A DNA stretch of 64,000 bases. Origin: an uncultured virus (IMG/VR IMGVR_UViG_3300027026_000009). Lineage: Duplodnaviria > Heunggongvirae > Uroviricota > Caudoviricetes. Location: IMG/VR virus record IMGVR_UViG_3300027026_000009; one strand, given 5' to 3'. The notes beneath the pieces are model-generated. The model did not search any database, had not been told where the DNA came from, and worked only from the letters and a program-made list of their open reading frames with translations. Made by a program: the position numbers and the translations under genes. Below are positions 36,979-45,942 of the stretch, one piece after another. The number at the start of each line of letters is the position of its first letter. Position 1 is the first letter of the stretch.

Positions 36979-37767
36979 TTAATTTAAAATCATTTTTTTG
37001 TTTTCAAAGTCACGGATAAATTTGTTTAAAATATCATACCGTTGTTTGTTCTGTGGTGACGGTGTGCCTTTAAAAACTTCTAAAAACGCTTGATAGGCTT
37101 CAATCCTTGGATAACCAAGAGAAAGGTATATCAATAATGCGTTTAAATCTGCTTCAATTTCGCTACTCTTTACCCTATTACGATAAAAGTGTGCGTATTC
37201 ATGCAGTAAAATTGCCATGCGCATAGGCACGGTATATTTATCAAATCCTTCTTTGGAAATCTGTATATGTCCGTTATATGCAGAGATCCTAGCGGGTGTT
37301 GCAAGTTTTTGACCAGTTCTATTGCTAGTTATATATGGAAGGTAGTCTATTAGGAATTTACCGTTCTGGCTCTTGTAAACCTCGTTTGTTTTAAGATAAC
37401 TAGAGTTAAACGCAAATCTTTGTGCTAGATCAACAAAATTTCTAACATCTACATCCCTTATGTCGCTGACATCAGTGCGCTTGACCAGTGGAAGTTTTTT
37501 AAGCTTTAGAACCTTAAAAGATGGGTCTTGCCCTTTTGAAAGGTTGCCGTTCGCTTCGTTATAGACTTCTACTATCGTGTACTTCCGAGACAACGGCATT
37601 CTAATAATGAACCTTTGCATACCATTTACCGTCATGTACCTATCGGTATAGACTGCTTTAGTTCTTTCTTCATCGTAAGCCTTTATGCGAATCCTTTGAG
37701 GTGAAGCTGTTCGTACAACCACCTCAATAATCAATTCTTCATAATTAGTCTTAACTCGAAGGTTCAT
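36979..37767 (-). CDS. Zincin metallopeptidase (candidate maturation protease)
   Basis: AILLHEYAH...EIEAD; lies within the virion gene block. Confidence 0.75.
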   Translation of the reverse strand: MNLRVKTNYEELIIEVVVRTASPQRIRIKAYDEERTKAVYTDRYMTVNGMQRFIIRMPLSRKYTIVEVYNEANGNLSKGQDPSFKVLKLKKLPLVKRTDVSDIRDVDVRNFVDLAQRFAFNSSYLKTNEVYKSQNGKFLIDYLPYITSNRTGQKLATPARISAYNGHIQISKEGFDKYTVPMRMAILLHEYAHFYRNRVKSSEIEADLNALLIYLSLGYPRIEAYQAFLEVFKGTPSPQNKQRYDILNKFIRDFENKKMILN

Positions 37768-38036
37768 TAATTATAATACTTATAGACAAGTGCGCCGACA
37801 ACCAATGCTATTCCGCCACCTATAACCCATTTTGGTACGCCAGTGCTGAAAGCACCTTCGTTACTAGGGGCTTTTGCTGTACTTACGTTTTGTTCCTTGT
37901 ACGGCTTTATCAAATCTTCTAAAGCTTGGTTCTTGATAAATTCACCTTTAGCTTTTTCTCTTTCAATCCAGTCAGCAAAGGACAATGATGTATTAGCCAG
38001 TTTATAGCGTTGGTTTGCGGTCAGTGTCTCACTCAT
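37767..38036 (-). CDS. C-terminal TM protein
   Basis: Start 38036 (MSETLT). Confidence 0.65.
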   Translation of the reverse strand: MSETLTANQRYKLANTSLSFADWIEREKAKGEFIKNQALEDLIKPYKEQNVSTAKAPSNEGAFSTGVPKWVIGGGIALVVGALVYKYYN

Positions 38037-38127
38037 TTTTGTCTTTTTTAAAATAACGATTGATGACGTAAGATAAACCACCTACGCTAACGGTCAAAAC
38101 AATAATGGCAAAAACTTGTTTTTTCAT
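38029..38127 (-). CDS. 32-aa single-TM peptide (not in ORF track)
   Basis: MKKQVFAIIVLTVSVGGLSYVINRYFKKDKNE; overlaps both neighbours. Confidence 0.55.
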   Translation of the reverse strand: MKKQVFAIIVLTVSVGGLSYVINRYFKKDKNE

Positions 38128-38258
38128 TATACTAGATCTTTCCCGCCTTTTCCTCTGTCAAGTCCACGACCGACAGACCATGCAATACCGTAAACAACTG
38201 CAAGCGAAACTGCAAGTCCGATTGCGCCAGTTACTAATTTGTTAACATCTGTTTTCAT
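38127..38258 (-). CDS. 43-aa single-TM protein (not in ORF track)
   Basis: MKTDVNKLVTGAIGLAVSLAVVYGIAWSVGRGLDRGKGGKDLV. Confidence 0.65.
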   Translation of the reverse strand: MKTDVNKLVTGAIGLAVSLAVVYGIAWSVGRGLDRGKGGKDLV

Positions 38259-38282
38259 ATGTCTCTATTTTTATTGATTATA

Positions 38283-38555
38283 CTACTTTTTATTTAAGCC
38301 TTTGTAAACTAAATATCCCGCAATGACAGCAAGTACCGTACCTACCGTAAAAGCCCTTTCTACTGCGGGAATAAAGCCGTCAGCTTTCGGCTCTTTTGGT
38401 TTGGATTCTGATTTTTGGTCATCCTCGGTAACATTTGTTACCGTTGCCGTAAGTTCTGGTTTACCTTCTGCGTCTTTTATAACATCACGTGTCAATGGCT
38501 TCGCTAAGTTAGTTATATCCAGTCCTATCTGTTCGTTTGATGGTTCTTTAATCAT
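38283..38555 (-). CDS. C-terminal TM protein
   Basis: TM plus KK tail. Confidence 0.65.
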   Translation of the reverse strand: MIKEPSNEQIGLDITNLAKPLTRDVIKDAEGKPELTATVTNVTEDDQKSESKPKEPKADGFIPAVERAFTVGTVLAVIAGYLVYKGLNKK

Positions 38556-38556
38556 T

Positions 38557-38784
38557 TTATTTTGATTTTACTGTCAATACGTTACTTATGAATGCGCCAA
38601 CCAAAATGCCCGCAAGCGTGGTGACGTAAATTTTTCTTTGCTTCTGCATTCCGTAAAGAAACCCAAAAGCACCGCCCATCAAAGCACCATTTAACGTGCT
38701 TCTCGTCTTTAAGGCAATGATACTTTCTTTTTTATCTGTTTTTCCAGTTACCTCACTGACAATTTCTTTTGGTGTCCTAGTCAT
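38557..38784 (-). CDS. Gly-zipper two-TM protein
   Basis: GALMGGAFG and LAGILVGAF. Confidence 0.7.
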   Translation of the reverse strand: MTRTPKEIVSEVTGKTDKKESIIALKTRSTLNGALMGGAFGFLYGMQKQRKIYVTTLAGILVGAFISNVLTVKSK

Positions 38785-38785
38785 T

Positions 38786-39388
38786 TTACTTACGCATTGC
38801 TATTACTAGCCCGCCAATAACAAGTACCGCCACCAGACCTAAACCGCCATAAAGCAATGTCTTGTTTGGTGCGCTTGCGCCTTGTTGGGCTTTAAGTTGT
38901 TCTAATCTTAAACGTTCAAGTTCTAACTGCTGATTTCCTAATGCTAGTTGATTCTGTGCATTTTGGGTCGCAATCTGCGCTTGTTGTTCTGCAAGCTTTT
39001 GTTGGGCTTCGTTATTCTTAATGGTCGTAAATATGTTTGCGCCCGCACCTAAGATGTCGCCCGCATTGAAACCACTAAAGAACCCACCGCTTCCATCAGC
39101 CGAATAGCTTCCGCTAAACGAACCATCGGCATTGAGCATTCTGTTTTTGCCCGCTTTTAGCTTTTTAACCAGTCTTGTGTTTTCAGCCAAAACCGCTTGG
39201 AACATTTTGAAAAACATTTCATCGCCAGATACAAGTTTCTGGATCAATGCTCGGTGTATTTCTCTGTTTGGCGTAAGATTGCTGACGTTCACACCGCTTC
39301 TATTTAAAATGCGTACCGCACCTTTTTTGTCAACGGCTGTAACGAACCCTACTGAACGACCTAATTGGTCAACTCTTTGCTTGCTCAT
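38786..39388 (-). CDS. Virion membrane protein with NADG/SADG motifs
   Basis: MLNADG, YSADG, Gln-rich helix, C-terminal TM. Confidence 0.7.
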   Translation of the reverse strand: MSKQRVDQLGRSVGFVTAVDKKGAVRILNRSGVNVSNLTPNREIHRALIQKLVSGDEMFFKMFQAVLAENTRLVKKLKAGKNRMLNADGSFSGSYSADGSGGFFSGFNAGDILGAGANIFTTIKNNEAQQKLAEQQAQIATQNAQNQLALGNQQLELERLRLEQLKAQQGASAPNKTLLYGGLGLVAVLVIGGLVIAMRK

Positions 39389-39391
39389 TTT

Positions 39392-39976
39392 TTACTTCTT
39401 TTTGGCAAAATAAACTATCGTTCCAATCGCCAATAAACCCACTACTGCCATTGAAGCATATAGCACGGTATTGTTGGATTGGGATTGTGGTTGTAGTTTG
39501 ATTTTGTCACGTTCAACGTCAACGGCTGAAGTTATCGCATCCCTTTCGTTCTTCGATACTTCAATATCTCGTTGTATTTCTAATACACCTACTGTGGTGT
39601 TTATAAGGTCTGCTAGTGTCAATCCATCAAAAAAACCACCTTTTCCACTGTCTGAAGAAGTGGGTGAAGAAGTTGTGGTTTGCTGTGGAATATTTACTGG
39701 ATTTATACCTACTGGCTGAAGGACATTCACCGTAGAAACTGGTTCTCGCCCAGACGCATTAAAGTTTTCCCTCTTTGCTTGTATGTACTTACCAAATTCA
39801 ATTCCTAGTCTCTTTGACTTTGCAAGGGCTTCGATAAAAACCTTTGTAAGTTGGTTTTTGCCTATTACTAAAGCTGTATCTACACCATTGCGTTTCAATA
39901 GCTGTCTTACGCCATTTTCATCTTTTTGGATTGCGTGGGCAATAACCTTAACTGCGGATTTTTTGTTTTTACTCAT
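39392..39976 (-). CDS. Virion membrane protein with NASG motif
   Basis: Paralog of 38786 (shared GGFF.G....D.I segment). Confidence 0.7.
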   Translation of the reverse strand: MSKNKKSAVKVIAHAIQKDENGVRQLLKRNGVDTALVIGKNQLTKVFIEALAKSKRLGIEFGKYIQAKRENFNASGREPVSTVNVLQPVGINPVNIPQQTTTSSPTSSDSGKGGFFDGLTLADLINTTVGVLEIQRDIEVSKNERDAITSAVDVERDKIKLQPQSQSNNTVLYASMAVVGLLAIGTIVYFAKKK

Positions 39977-39985
39977 AGCCTTTAT

Positions 39986-40375
39986 TTATTTTTTTAGGAT
40001 TGCCAATGAAATCATCATTGCGCCCGCTAGGAAAATTAAACTAAAATTATCTTGTGTCTTTTTTGCTTCGCTCTCTTGACTTCTTGTTATGCCAAAACCA
40101 CCGTCAGCATTATAAAAAGGTTGGTTAGCTTTTAGAAATTGGTCTATGTCAGAAGTGCCGTCCGCACTTAATTCTGGTGCGCACATTTCCAGTATCAATT
40201 CTTTGTCTGGGTGATTATCGACTATTGCCTTTAAAGCGGGTTCGCCTTCAGAAGCCACTAACTTACGTAAGCTAAGTGACCAATTATTGTTGGTAGCTTG
40301 ATAGCCGAACTCGTTTAAAATCCTTTTAGCGACCGTTGGGTTTGAACCCACATAGTCATATATAGTTACTGACAT
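39986..40375 (-). CDS. Virion membrane protein with SADG/NADG motifs
   Basis: LSADG, FYNADG, C-terminal TM. Confidence 0.7.
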   Translation of the reverse strand: MSVTIYDYVGSNPTVAKRILNEFGYQATNNNWSLSLRKLVASEGEPALKAIVDNHPDKELILEMCAPELSADGTSDIDQFLKANQPFYNADGGFGITRSQESEAKKTQDNFSLIFLAGAMMISLAILKK

Positions 40376-40389
40376 AATTCTTTTTTAAG

Positions 40390-40424
40390 AAAAAAAGGGC
40401 GGATGGAAAACATCTGCCCTTCTT
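40390..40424 (-). terminator. Terminator after the putative capsid gene
   Basis: AAGGGCAGATG/CATCCGCCCTT stem plus U-tract on the minus strand. Confidence 0.85.
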
Positions 40425-40462
40425 TAAGATTTAACTTTTCCATCGTCATTAATGGATGCCGA

Positions 40463-41161
40463 TTACTTCAATTTGATAGTCTGCGACTTAACAATTTGAG
40501 GGTTGGCAAATCCTCTATTAACGTTCTTACCGCTTAAACCACGTGCAAGGTTAATGTTGTCAGATGGATATAAGTAAAGTTTCACAGTTGCGTTCGCAAG
40601 GATCTGACGGATAATGATTTTTGTAAAACCATCTATACGGTACGCATATCGCATTGCAACGATCGTAGATTGTTGCTGATATGGGTCGATAGTTGGTACA
40701 AAAGTCTTTTGCGCCAAGTTACCGTTTGCGTCTCTTGTGTTCACTGAAAGTGTTTCAAGGACTTGGTTTGCGGTTGCAGACTGGATGTACGTTAATCCTA
40801 CACTGAAAGGCGTAGTTGCGAACTGGTTCAACATTTCACGATATGTAATTCCAGATACACCAGAACTAATCGTTACTGAACCGTCCACATAGTCACCGTT
40901 CGCTTGGAAGTTTGCACTTTGAGCGTATTGGTACGAACCAAGAACTTCAAAGTTAGACACAGCAGAACCCGAAGTGGATGTTACTGTGATTATATAAGGT
41001 TGTGACGTTGGTGCTGAACCACCGCCCATAGGCTGACCACTAGCACCAAAGAAATCATCCCCAGTGAAAGACAAGTCATCGTCGATAAAGCCATCAGCAC
41101 CTAGAAAGCTTTCGTTAGCTTCTCTTTGCGCATTAGCTAAATATTTGGCTACATTACTCAT
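40463..41161 (-). CDS. Putative single jelly-roll major capsid protein
   Basis: Beta-rich, no TM, near the packaging ATPase, own promoter and terminator, has a paralog; fold is inferred. Confidence 0.6.
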   Translation of the reverse strand: MSNVAKYLANAQREANESFLGADGFIDDDLSFTGDDFFGASGQPMGGGSAPTSQPYIITVTSTSGSAVSNFEVLGSYQYAQSANFQANGDYVDGSVTISSGVSGITYREMLNQFATTPFSVGLTYIQSATANQVLETLSVNTRDANGNLAQKTFVPTIDPYQQQSTIVAMRYAYRIDGFTKIIIRQILANATVKLYLYPSDNINLARGLSGKNVNRGFANPQIVKSQTIKLK

Positions 41162-41180
41162 AGCAATTTGAATTTAAAAA

Positions 41181-41318
41181 TTATACGTTTTCTTTTACTG
41201 CCTTTGGTACACTTGTCCTAGCTTTGTTGAACTGGTCATTTGCAACCGTAAAGATTGTCGAACCTACAACTACTGCCAAAACTGATGTCCAAAAGGACTT
41301 GTCGGTGAAAATGTTCAT
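41181..41318 (-). CDS. 45-aa membrane protein upstream of the capsid gene
   Basis: MNIFTDKSFWTSVLAVVVGSTIFTVAN. Confidence 0.7.
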   Translation of the reverse strand: MNIFTDKSFWTSVLAVVVGSTIFTVANDQFNKARTSVPKAVKENV

Positions 41319-41369
41319 CACAGAATGATTTTTTCGGTAACACCGATTACAGAATCGATAATTACAATT

Positions 41370-41443
41370 CAAATATATTGTATGTGCAAGCTTATTTGTG
41401 GGAAAATAGAATGTTTATGTGCAATAATCGTGGATAATTGCAC
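41370..41443 (-). promoter_or_regulatory. Late-class capsid-operon promoter
   Basis: GTGCAA-N13-TTGCAC 41419-41443; TATATTTG 41377-41370 (offset 42). Confidence 0.75.
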
Positions 41444-42268
41444 TTAAACTATAAAATCTCGTAAAATTCTTTCCCGTACGGCTTGGTAAGCTGTTTCTGC
41501 CGTGTATTTTTTTTCACCAGTCTTGGTAATTTGCTGAAGCATTGGATTGATAATAGTGCGATAGTTTCGGCTTATGTATTCTTCGATAGCCACTTCTACA
41601 TCCTCTTTGGTGAATGCACCACGCAATTTTTCGTTGTCAATATCTACCCATAAGAAAAACCTTCTGTCGCCATTGGAGTATTTTTTATTGACGATCAATT
41701 CCGCAATCTTTAGGTATTCGTATTTGTCCTCGAATTTATGGCGGTGCTTATCAACGCTATCGGTGTTCTTGTGAAAGCGTATCATATTTAGGTTTTGCCA
41801 GATTTTTGAGGTCACACGTCCAATAGACTGAAAGTGCATTATAATATCTAGGTCGTTGTGACGGTTCGTACATATTGCACCAATTACGTCATTTGGAAGC
41901 ATATCAGAAATATACTTATTAATGTCCTCAATCAATAAAAGACCGCCACTATAATTTTGTAAGATATGGAAAAGGCATTCTTGAATGTCACGCATGGTCA
42001 TTTTGCGACCAGTATCTTCACGGAACGGTCTTATCCTTCGGGCTTCGATTTTTGGGTGGGCTGAAAATTTAAGTACGTCTCTAAGGCTTAAAGCCTTGAC
42101 ATGAGTAAACTCGTCATTTACGTCAAGTATCAAAACCTTTCGACCTTTTACGCCCTTTGAAGGGTTGCCTATCATGTAATCTCGGAACTGTTCGTTTGTT
42201 TCCCAAGTTTTACCTACACCCTTTTTTCCTACTGCGACTACAAGTAATGGTTCTCTAAATTCTGACAT
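41444..42268 (-). CDS. FtsK/HerA-superfamily genome packaging ATPase (A32/P9-like)
   Basis: Walker A GKKGVGKT, Walker B LLLIED, Arg finger NRH, IIMHFQ motif, compact 274 aa. Confidence 0.8.
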   Translation of the reverse strand: MSEFREPLLVVAVGKKGVGKTWETNEQFRDYMIGNPSKGVKGRKVLILDVNDEFTHVKALSLRDVLKFSAHPKIEARRIRPFREDTGRKMTMRDIQECLFHILQNYSGGLLLIEDINKYISDMLPNDVIGAICTNRHNDLDIIMHFQSIGRVTSKIWQNLNMIRFHKNTDSVDKHRHKFEDKYEYLKIAELIVNKKYSNGDRRFFLWVDIDNEKLRGAFTKEDVEVAIEEYISRNYRTIINPMLQQITKTGEKKYTAETAYQAVRERILRDFIV

Positions 42269-42269
42269 A

Positions 42270-43310
42270 CTAACTGTTTTTTGCTACATCGTCCATATGT
42301 TTTAAAGCTTTTTCATCACCAAGTTTAGGCATATTGTCTGGAACTTCGGCATCCTCAAAAGTAGAATCTGTTTCAATTTCTATTTCTTCAAATGATGTTG
42401 TTTCTGGCGCACTTGATTCTTCATATTCAGAAAATTCATCTACCACTGGCTCATTTGGTGTTGGCTGAATGTCTGGCGAACCGTCACCATCTGGTGATGG
42501 TTTTGGCGGTGGTGTTGATTGATCGCTAGAACTGCTTTTAGGCTGACCGCCCGACCTCATGTATTCAGTCTGCGCCCTCATTTCGCTTAAAATCATATTA
42601 CTATTTCTTTTAAGGGCAAAAGCGGTTGCACCTTTTTGTACCAAGTCCGTACCAAAATAATAAGCCAACAATTGTTCATCGGTCATTCCGACACCTCGTT
42701 TTTTGAATACACGAACCAATGGCGGTTTTACTTTATCGATAAATTCCTTATCAGTCTCAAAGGCTTCTTTAGTTTCTTTATTGTACTCATTGACCCAAGT
42801 ACGTATGTTTGCCGAATTACCGTTCTGGTCTATCGGCATTTGAATATCTGGATTTATGTTACCGTCAGCGATTTCCCTTTCAAGTGCTGTTTCATTTATT
42901 TCGCAAACCTTACCTAGAAGGTTTCCTAGCTTTGAGTAACCGTCCAAAGCAACATCCGCCATCATTTCAGCACCTACTGTTTTGTCCTTGTCGCTTAAAT
43001 CGTGAAATTCTTGATTGAACTTAGGTGATTCATCGTCTTGTTTTTGGTACGACTTTTCTTGACTGTTTGACTGATTACTATTGCTAGGGCTTCCGCCAGT
43101 AGGGTCGTTTTCCATAGAAAAACTGTCAAGGTCTGGCATTTTAAAAGTAGGTTCGGCTATTTCGGCTTCCAAAGTGCTAGGGTCAATATTTGGTTTAGTG
43201 TATTCCCTATCTTTGGGTTGTGCATCAAAAGGCGACCAGTTCTCTTGCTCTATTTGCTCAAAATCAACCGTTGCTTCCTTGTCTTTGCTATTTTTATTTT
43301 TCTTTGCCAT
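42270..43310 (-). CDS. Acidic low-complexity protein adjacent to the ATPase
   Basis: ORF; shares a motif with 8007..9347. Confidence 0.7.
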   Translation of the reverse strand: MAKKNKNSKDKEATVDFEQIEQENWSPFDAQPKDREYTKPNIDPSTLEAEIAEPTFKMPDLDSFSMENDPTGGSPSNSNQSNSQEKSYQKQDDESPKFNQEFHDLSDKDKTVGAEMMADVALDGYSKLGNLLGKVCEINETALEREIADGNINPDIQMPIDQNGNSANIRTWVNEYNKETKEAFETDKEFIDKVKPPLVRVFKKRGVGMTDEQLLAYYFGTDLVQKGATAFALKRNSNMILSEMRAQTEYMRSGGQPKSSSSDQSTPPPKPSPDGDGSPDIQPTPNEPVVDEFSEYEESSAPETTSFEEIEIETDSTFEDAEVPDNMPKLGDEKALKHMDDVAKNS

Positions 43311-43890
43311 TGTAGTTTAGTATAAAGTCAATTAGTAATTCCTTAGCTTTTAAGTGTTTCTTAAAAATGCTGTTTTCCCTTGGGTGCTTAAAATCCAATT
43401 TTAGTATCTTATTCTTATGTCTGGATATTGCCCAAGTATTCTTTTTTGTCAATTTATTAATATCTGCGACCGAAAAGTTTAAATAGGTAATCATTAAATG
43501 GATTACAGAACCACTCGCATAAATACGCTTGCCGTCACGGTTCTTGTCATCTAAAATTACTTGTCTGGGAAGGTCATAAAGACGTTCGACAATTTGAAAT
43601 ATCTTTTCGGTAACAATTTCAGATTTATCTATCCAGTTGAAGTCATTGTATAAATAATTGGTATCACACTGCAATAAATAAACCGCTTGGTCAATATTTT
43701 TATGGTCTATAAACTTCACGCATTTATCAAAAGCTTCTTTTACCGTTCCCTCAATTCCGCATCTGTGATCCAAATGTTCGGTAAGCCCTTTTTCAGACAA
43801 GTTGTAATAACTTAACATGAAAGAAACGGTATCAATGCCAAATTGCTTAATGTTTTCATTCAATACATTAAATAGTTTCTCATTGCTCAT
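43294..43890 (-). CDS. Protein with DnaA C-terminal-like HTH
   Basis: IFQIVERLY.L....IL...R...R.YA......L......S..DI...TKKN..AI. Confidence 0.5.
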   Translation of the reverse strand: MSNEKLFNVLNENIKQFGIDTVSFMLSYYNLSEKGLTEHLDHRCGIEGTVKEAFDKCVKFIDHKNIDQAVYLLQCDTNYLYNDFNWIDKSEIVTEKIFQIVERLYDLPRQVILDDKNRDGKRIYASGSVIHLMITYLNFSVADINKLTKKNTWAISRHKNKILKLDFKHPRENSIFKKHLKAKELLIDFILNYNGKEK

Positions 43891-44540
43891 TAGATATTGT
43901 ATTTTTTGAGAAACTCTTTGTTCGATATAATCCTATCAGCGACCTTTTCTGCAAATGCAATGTCGGATTGGTAATTATTGCCAAGATATAGACGGCTATT
44001 CTTTATAGCTTCCTTTATTTGCATAAACTTTTCGTAATCGTCTGGAATTAAATTACCTAAAACCTCACAGAATACACACCCTAGTACCACAGTTCTACTT
44101 GGATATGATGGTGTGTCGTTTCTGTAATTGCTTATTGGGAATAACTTAACTTTTGTGTTGGAAGCAAACTGGTTTGGGCGTATTCGCTTAAAATAATATT
44201 TAAGCTTTACGATGATCGGGTCGATGTCATCTGCTAATTGCTGTATCTTTCCCATAACATCCACTCGTGGTGATTTTGCCGTGTTGTAGAACCACTGCTC
44301 AAAGTTACGGTCAATCTTACTGTACATTAACAAAGCTTCTTCATTCTCGCTAAGTTGTATGTCGGTCAGCCTAACTATGGTGTCATTTACTTCTTGTATG
44401 GCTTTTTCGCCAGAAGGATAATTATAATCATCTTTAGCGAAATCAATAAAAACACTATCTAGGTAGTTGTTCTTCTGTATTAATTTCTGTTCGGCATAAG
44501 ATGGGTTTCCAAATTTTAGTGTGTCAATATTTAATTTCAT
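43890..44540 (-). CDS. Degenerate PAP2/haloperoxidase-fold phosphatase
   Basis: K.YFKRIRP, PSYPSRT, SRLYLGNNYQSD. Confidence 0.75.
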   Translation of the reverse strand: MKLNIDTLKFGNPSYAEQKLIQKNNYLDSVFIDFAKDDYNYPSGEKAIQEVNDTIVRLTDIQLSENEEALLMYSKIDRNFEQWFYNTAKSPRVDVMGKIQQLADDIDPIIVKLKYYFKRIRPNQFASNTKVKLFPISNYRNDTPSYPSRTVVLGCVFCEVLGNLIPDDYEKFMQIKEAIKNSRLYLGNNYQSDIAFAEKVADRIISNKEFLKKYNI

Positions 44541-44543
44541 TTT

Positions 44544-44786
44544 TTATTTGTACAAAGCATTCAACAAAGCACGATTTGTCCGAATGTTGTAAATCATACC
44601 TACAAAAATTAAAATACCAAGACCATAATTTACAATAGTAAAGTCATTGGGTAAATTAATCTTTCCGCCATCTGCCATAGTTTGTGATGGGTTGGGCGTA
44701 GGTGTAGGCTCTGGTATAGGCGTACCTTCTGGGGCAACTGGTGGAGTTGCGGGTGCGGGTGGTGTTGGGTTTATATTAGGATTCAT
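44544..44786 (-). CDS. Pro-rich single-TM protein with MADGG motif
   Basis: TM; MADGGKI. Confidence 0.65.
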   Translation of the reverse strand: MNPNINPTPPAPATPPVAPEGTPIPEPTPTPNPSQTMADGGKINLPNDFTIVNYGLGILIFVGMIYNIRTNRALLNALYK

Positions 44787-45171
44787 AATGTTTCCATAAA
44801 ACTAAGCCAATGAGACTGATTGCCAGTCCACCGCTTATGATTAATACTTTTTTATTAAATTCTTTGTTGTCATTTATAACTGGCTGTTTTTTTGGTGCTG
44901 TAATTACCACTTCATCCAGTTGCTCAAATGATTCTTCCAAAACAATTTCAGTGTCTTGCACATCGGAAGCTTTTAAGAATTTAGGTTTAAATCCTAAATA
45001 TGATATTTTTATGGTTGTGTCTGGGTCAATCTCATTAGATTCTAGGGCAAAAGTTCCGTCATTTAGTACAACTGTTCCAATACCAAAGCTTTTCCCATTT
45101 CGTAAAGGAATCACATTCGCCATTTCTAGCGGTGTATTCATAATATCGGTGACAGTTCCACTTATTCTCAT
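44776..45171 (-). CDS. CarboxypepD_reg-like (SusC N-terminal extension) domain with C-terminal TM
   Basis: ISGTVTD...PLE.ANV...GT....DG.F.L...ISYLGFK...QLDEVVITA. Confidence 0.85.
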   Translation of the reverse strand: MRISGTVTDIMNTPLEMANVIPLRNGKSFGIGTVVLNDGTFALESNEIDPDTTIKISYLGFKPKFLKASDVQDTEIVLEESFEQLDEVVITAPKKQPVINDNKEFNKKVLIISGGLAISLIGLVLWKHYES

Positions 45172-45329
45172 TTCATCAATCTTAATTGCTTGTAAGCTAA
45201 AATTCCTTGTAGCAAACTAGCCATTGCCAAAGCCACGAAAAAGGCTATTTCTGCATTTTTCTTTGCACGTTCCTTGTAATCCGTGGTTTGTTTTTTTTCT
45301 TCTACCGCTTTTTCAATATCATTAATCAT
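45168..45329 (-). CDS. 53-aa single-TM protein (not in ORF track)
   Basis: MINDIEKAVEEKKQ...IAFFVALAMASLLQGILAY. Confidence 0.6.
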   Translation of the reverse strand: MINDIEKAVEEKKQTTDYKERAKKNAEIAFFVALAMASLLQGILAYKQLRLMK

Positions 45330-45330
45330 C

Positions 45331-45885
45331 TTAATTCTTTTTATACATTATAGCACCAAAGGTTACAACCGTAAGACCAACAGCTATAATTGCGCCCAAT
45401 AAACCCTTGCTTGATTTTGCGCTTTCTGAAGGTGGTTGGTTTTGCGTTCTGGGCTGTGGTTCGTTGCCCTCTTGCTTGCCTTCTTGACCGCCCTCTTGCT
45501 TGCCTTCTTGACCGCCCTCTTGACCGTTGTTTTGGGCTTGGGCTTGTGATTGCGCTTGGGCTTCCGCTTGTTTTCTTTTCCTTTCTTCTTCCTTTTCAGC
45601 TTCCTTTTGCTGACGCTTTTGTAAGTCCTTATATTCAAGGTCTAACAATTCGTTGAAGCTTACGGCTTCTTGATAAAGGTCAGCTTCAAGTTCTTGAAGA
45701 TTTTCTTGATTCAATTCAATTTCTTCTTCATCCATGTCCTCAAAACTCTCCTTTAGGTCGGCTATTCGGTTCTGAAGTCCTTTTATCTTATTGTATTCAC
45801 GCACAGCATGACTACTTAGGTTTTCCCTTTTTATCTTACCGATTAAAGTAAGCATTTCGTTTAGTGTCGAGTTTAATTTCTTCAT
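45331..45885 (-). CDS. Coiled-coil protein with QEGG/QEGK repeats and C-terminal TM
   Basis: ORF; repeats at about 45466-45524. Confidence 0.7.
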   Translation of the reverse strand: MKKLNSTLNEMLTLIGKIKRENLSSHAVREYNKIKGLQNRIADLKESFEDMDEEEIELNQENLQELEADLYQEAVSFNELLDLEYKDLQKRQQKEAEKEEERKRKQAEAQAQSQAQAQNNGQEGGQEGKQEGGQEGKQEGNEPQPRTQNQPPSESAKSSKGLLGAIIAVGLTVVTFGAIMYKKN

Positions 45886-45942
45886 TAGATATTACTTTTT
45901 AACAAATATATAAATTTTTGGCTTCAATGCCGAGTTATTCTC

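Noticed and set aside
41444..42268. Terminase large subunit or conjugative coupling protein
   Set aside because: Too short, no nuclease domain or TM, and no T4SS genes; motifs fit A32/P9-type ATPases
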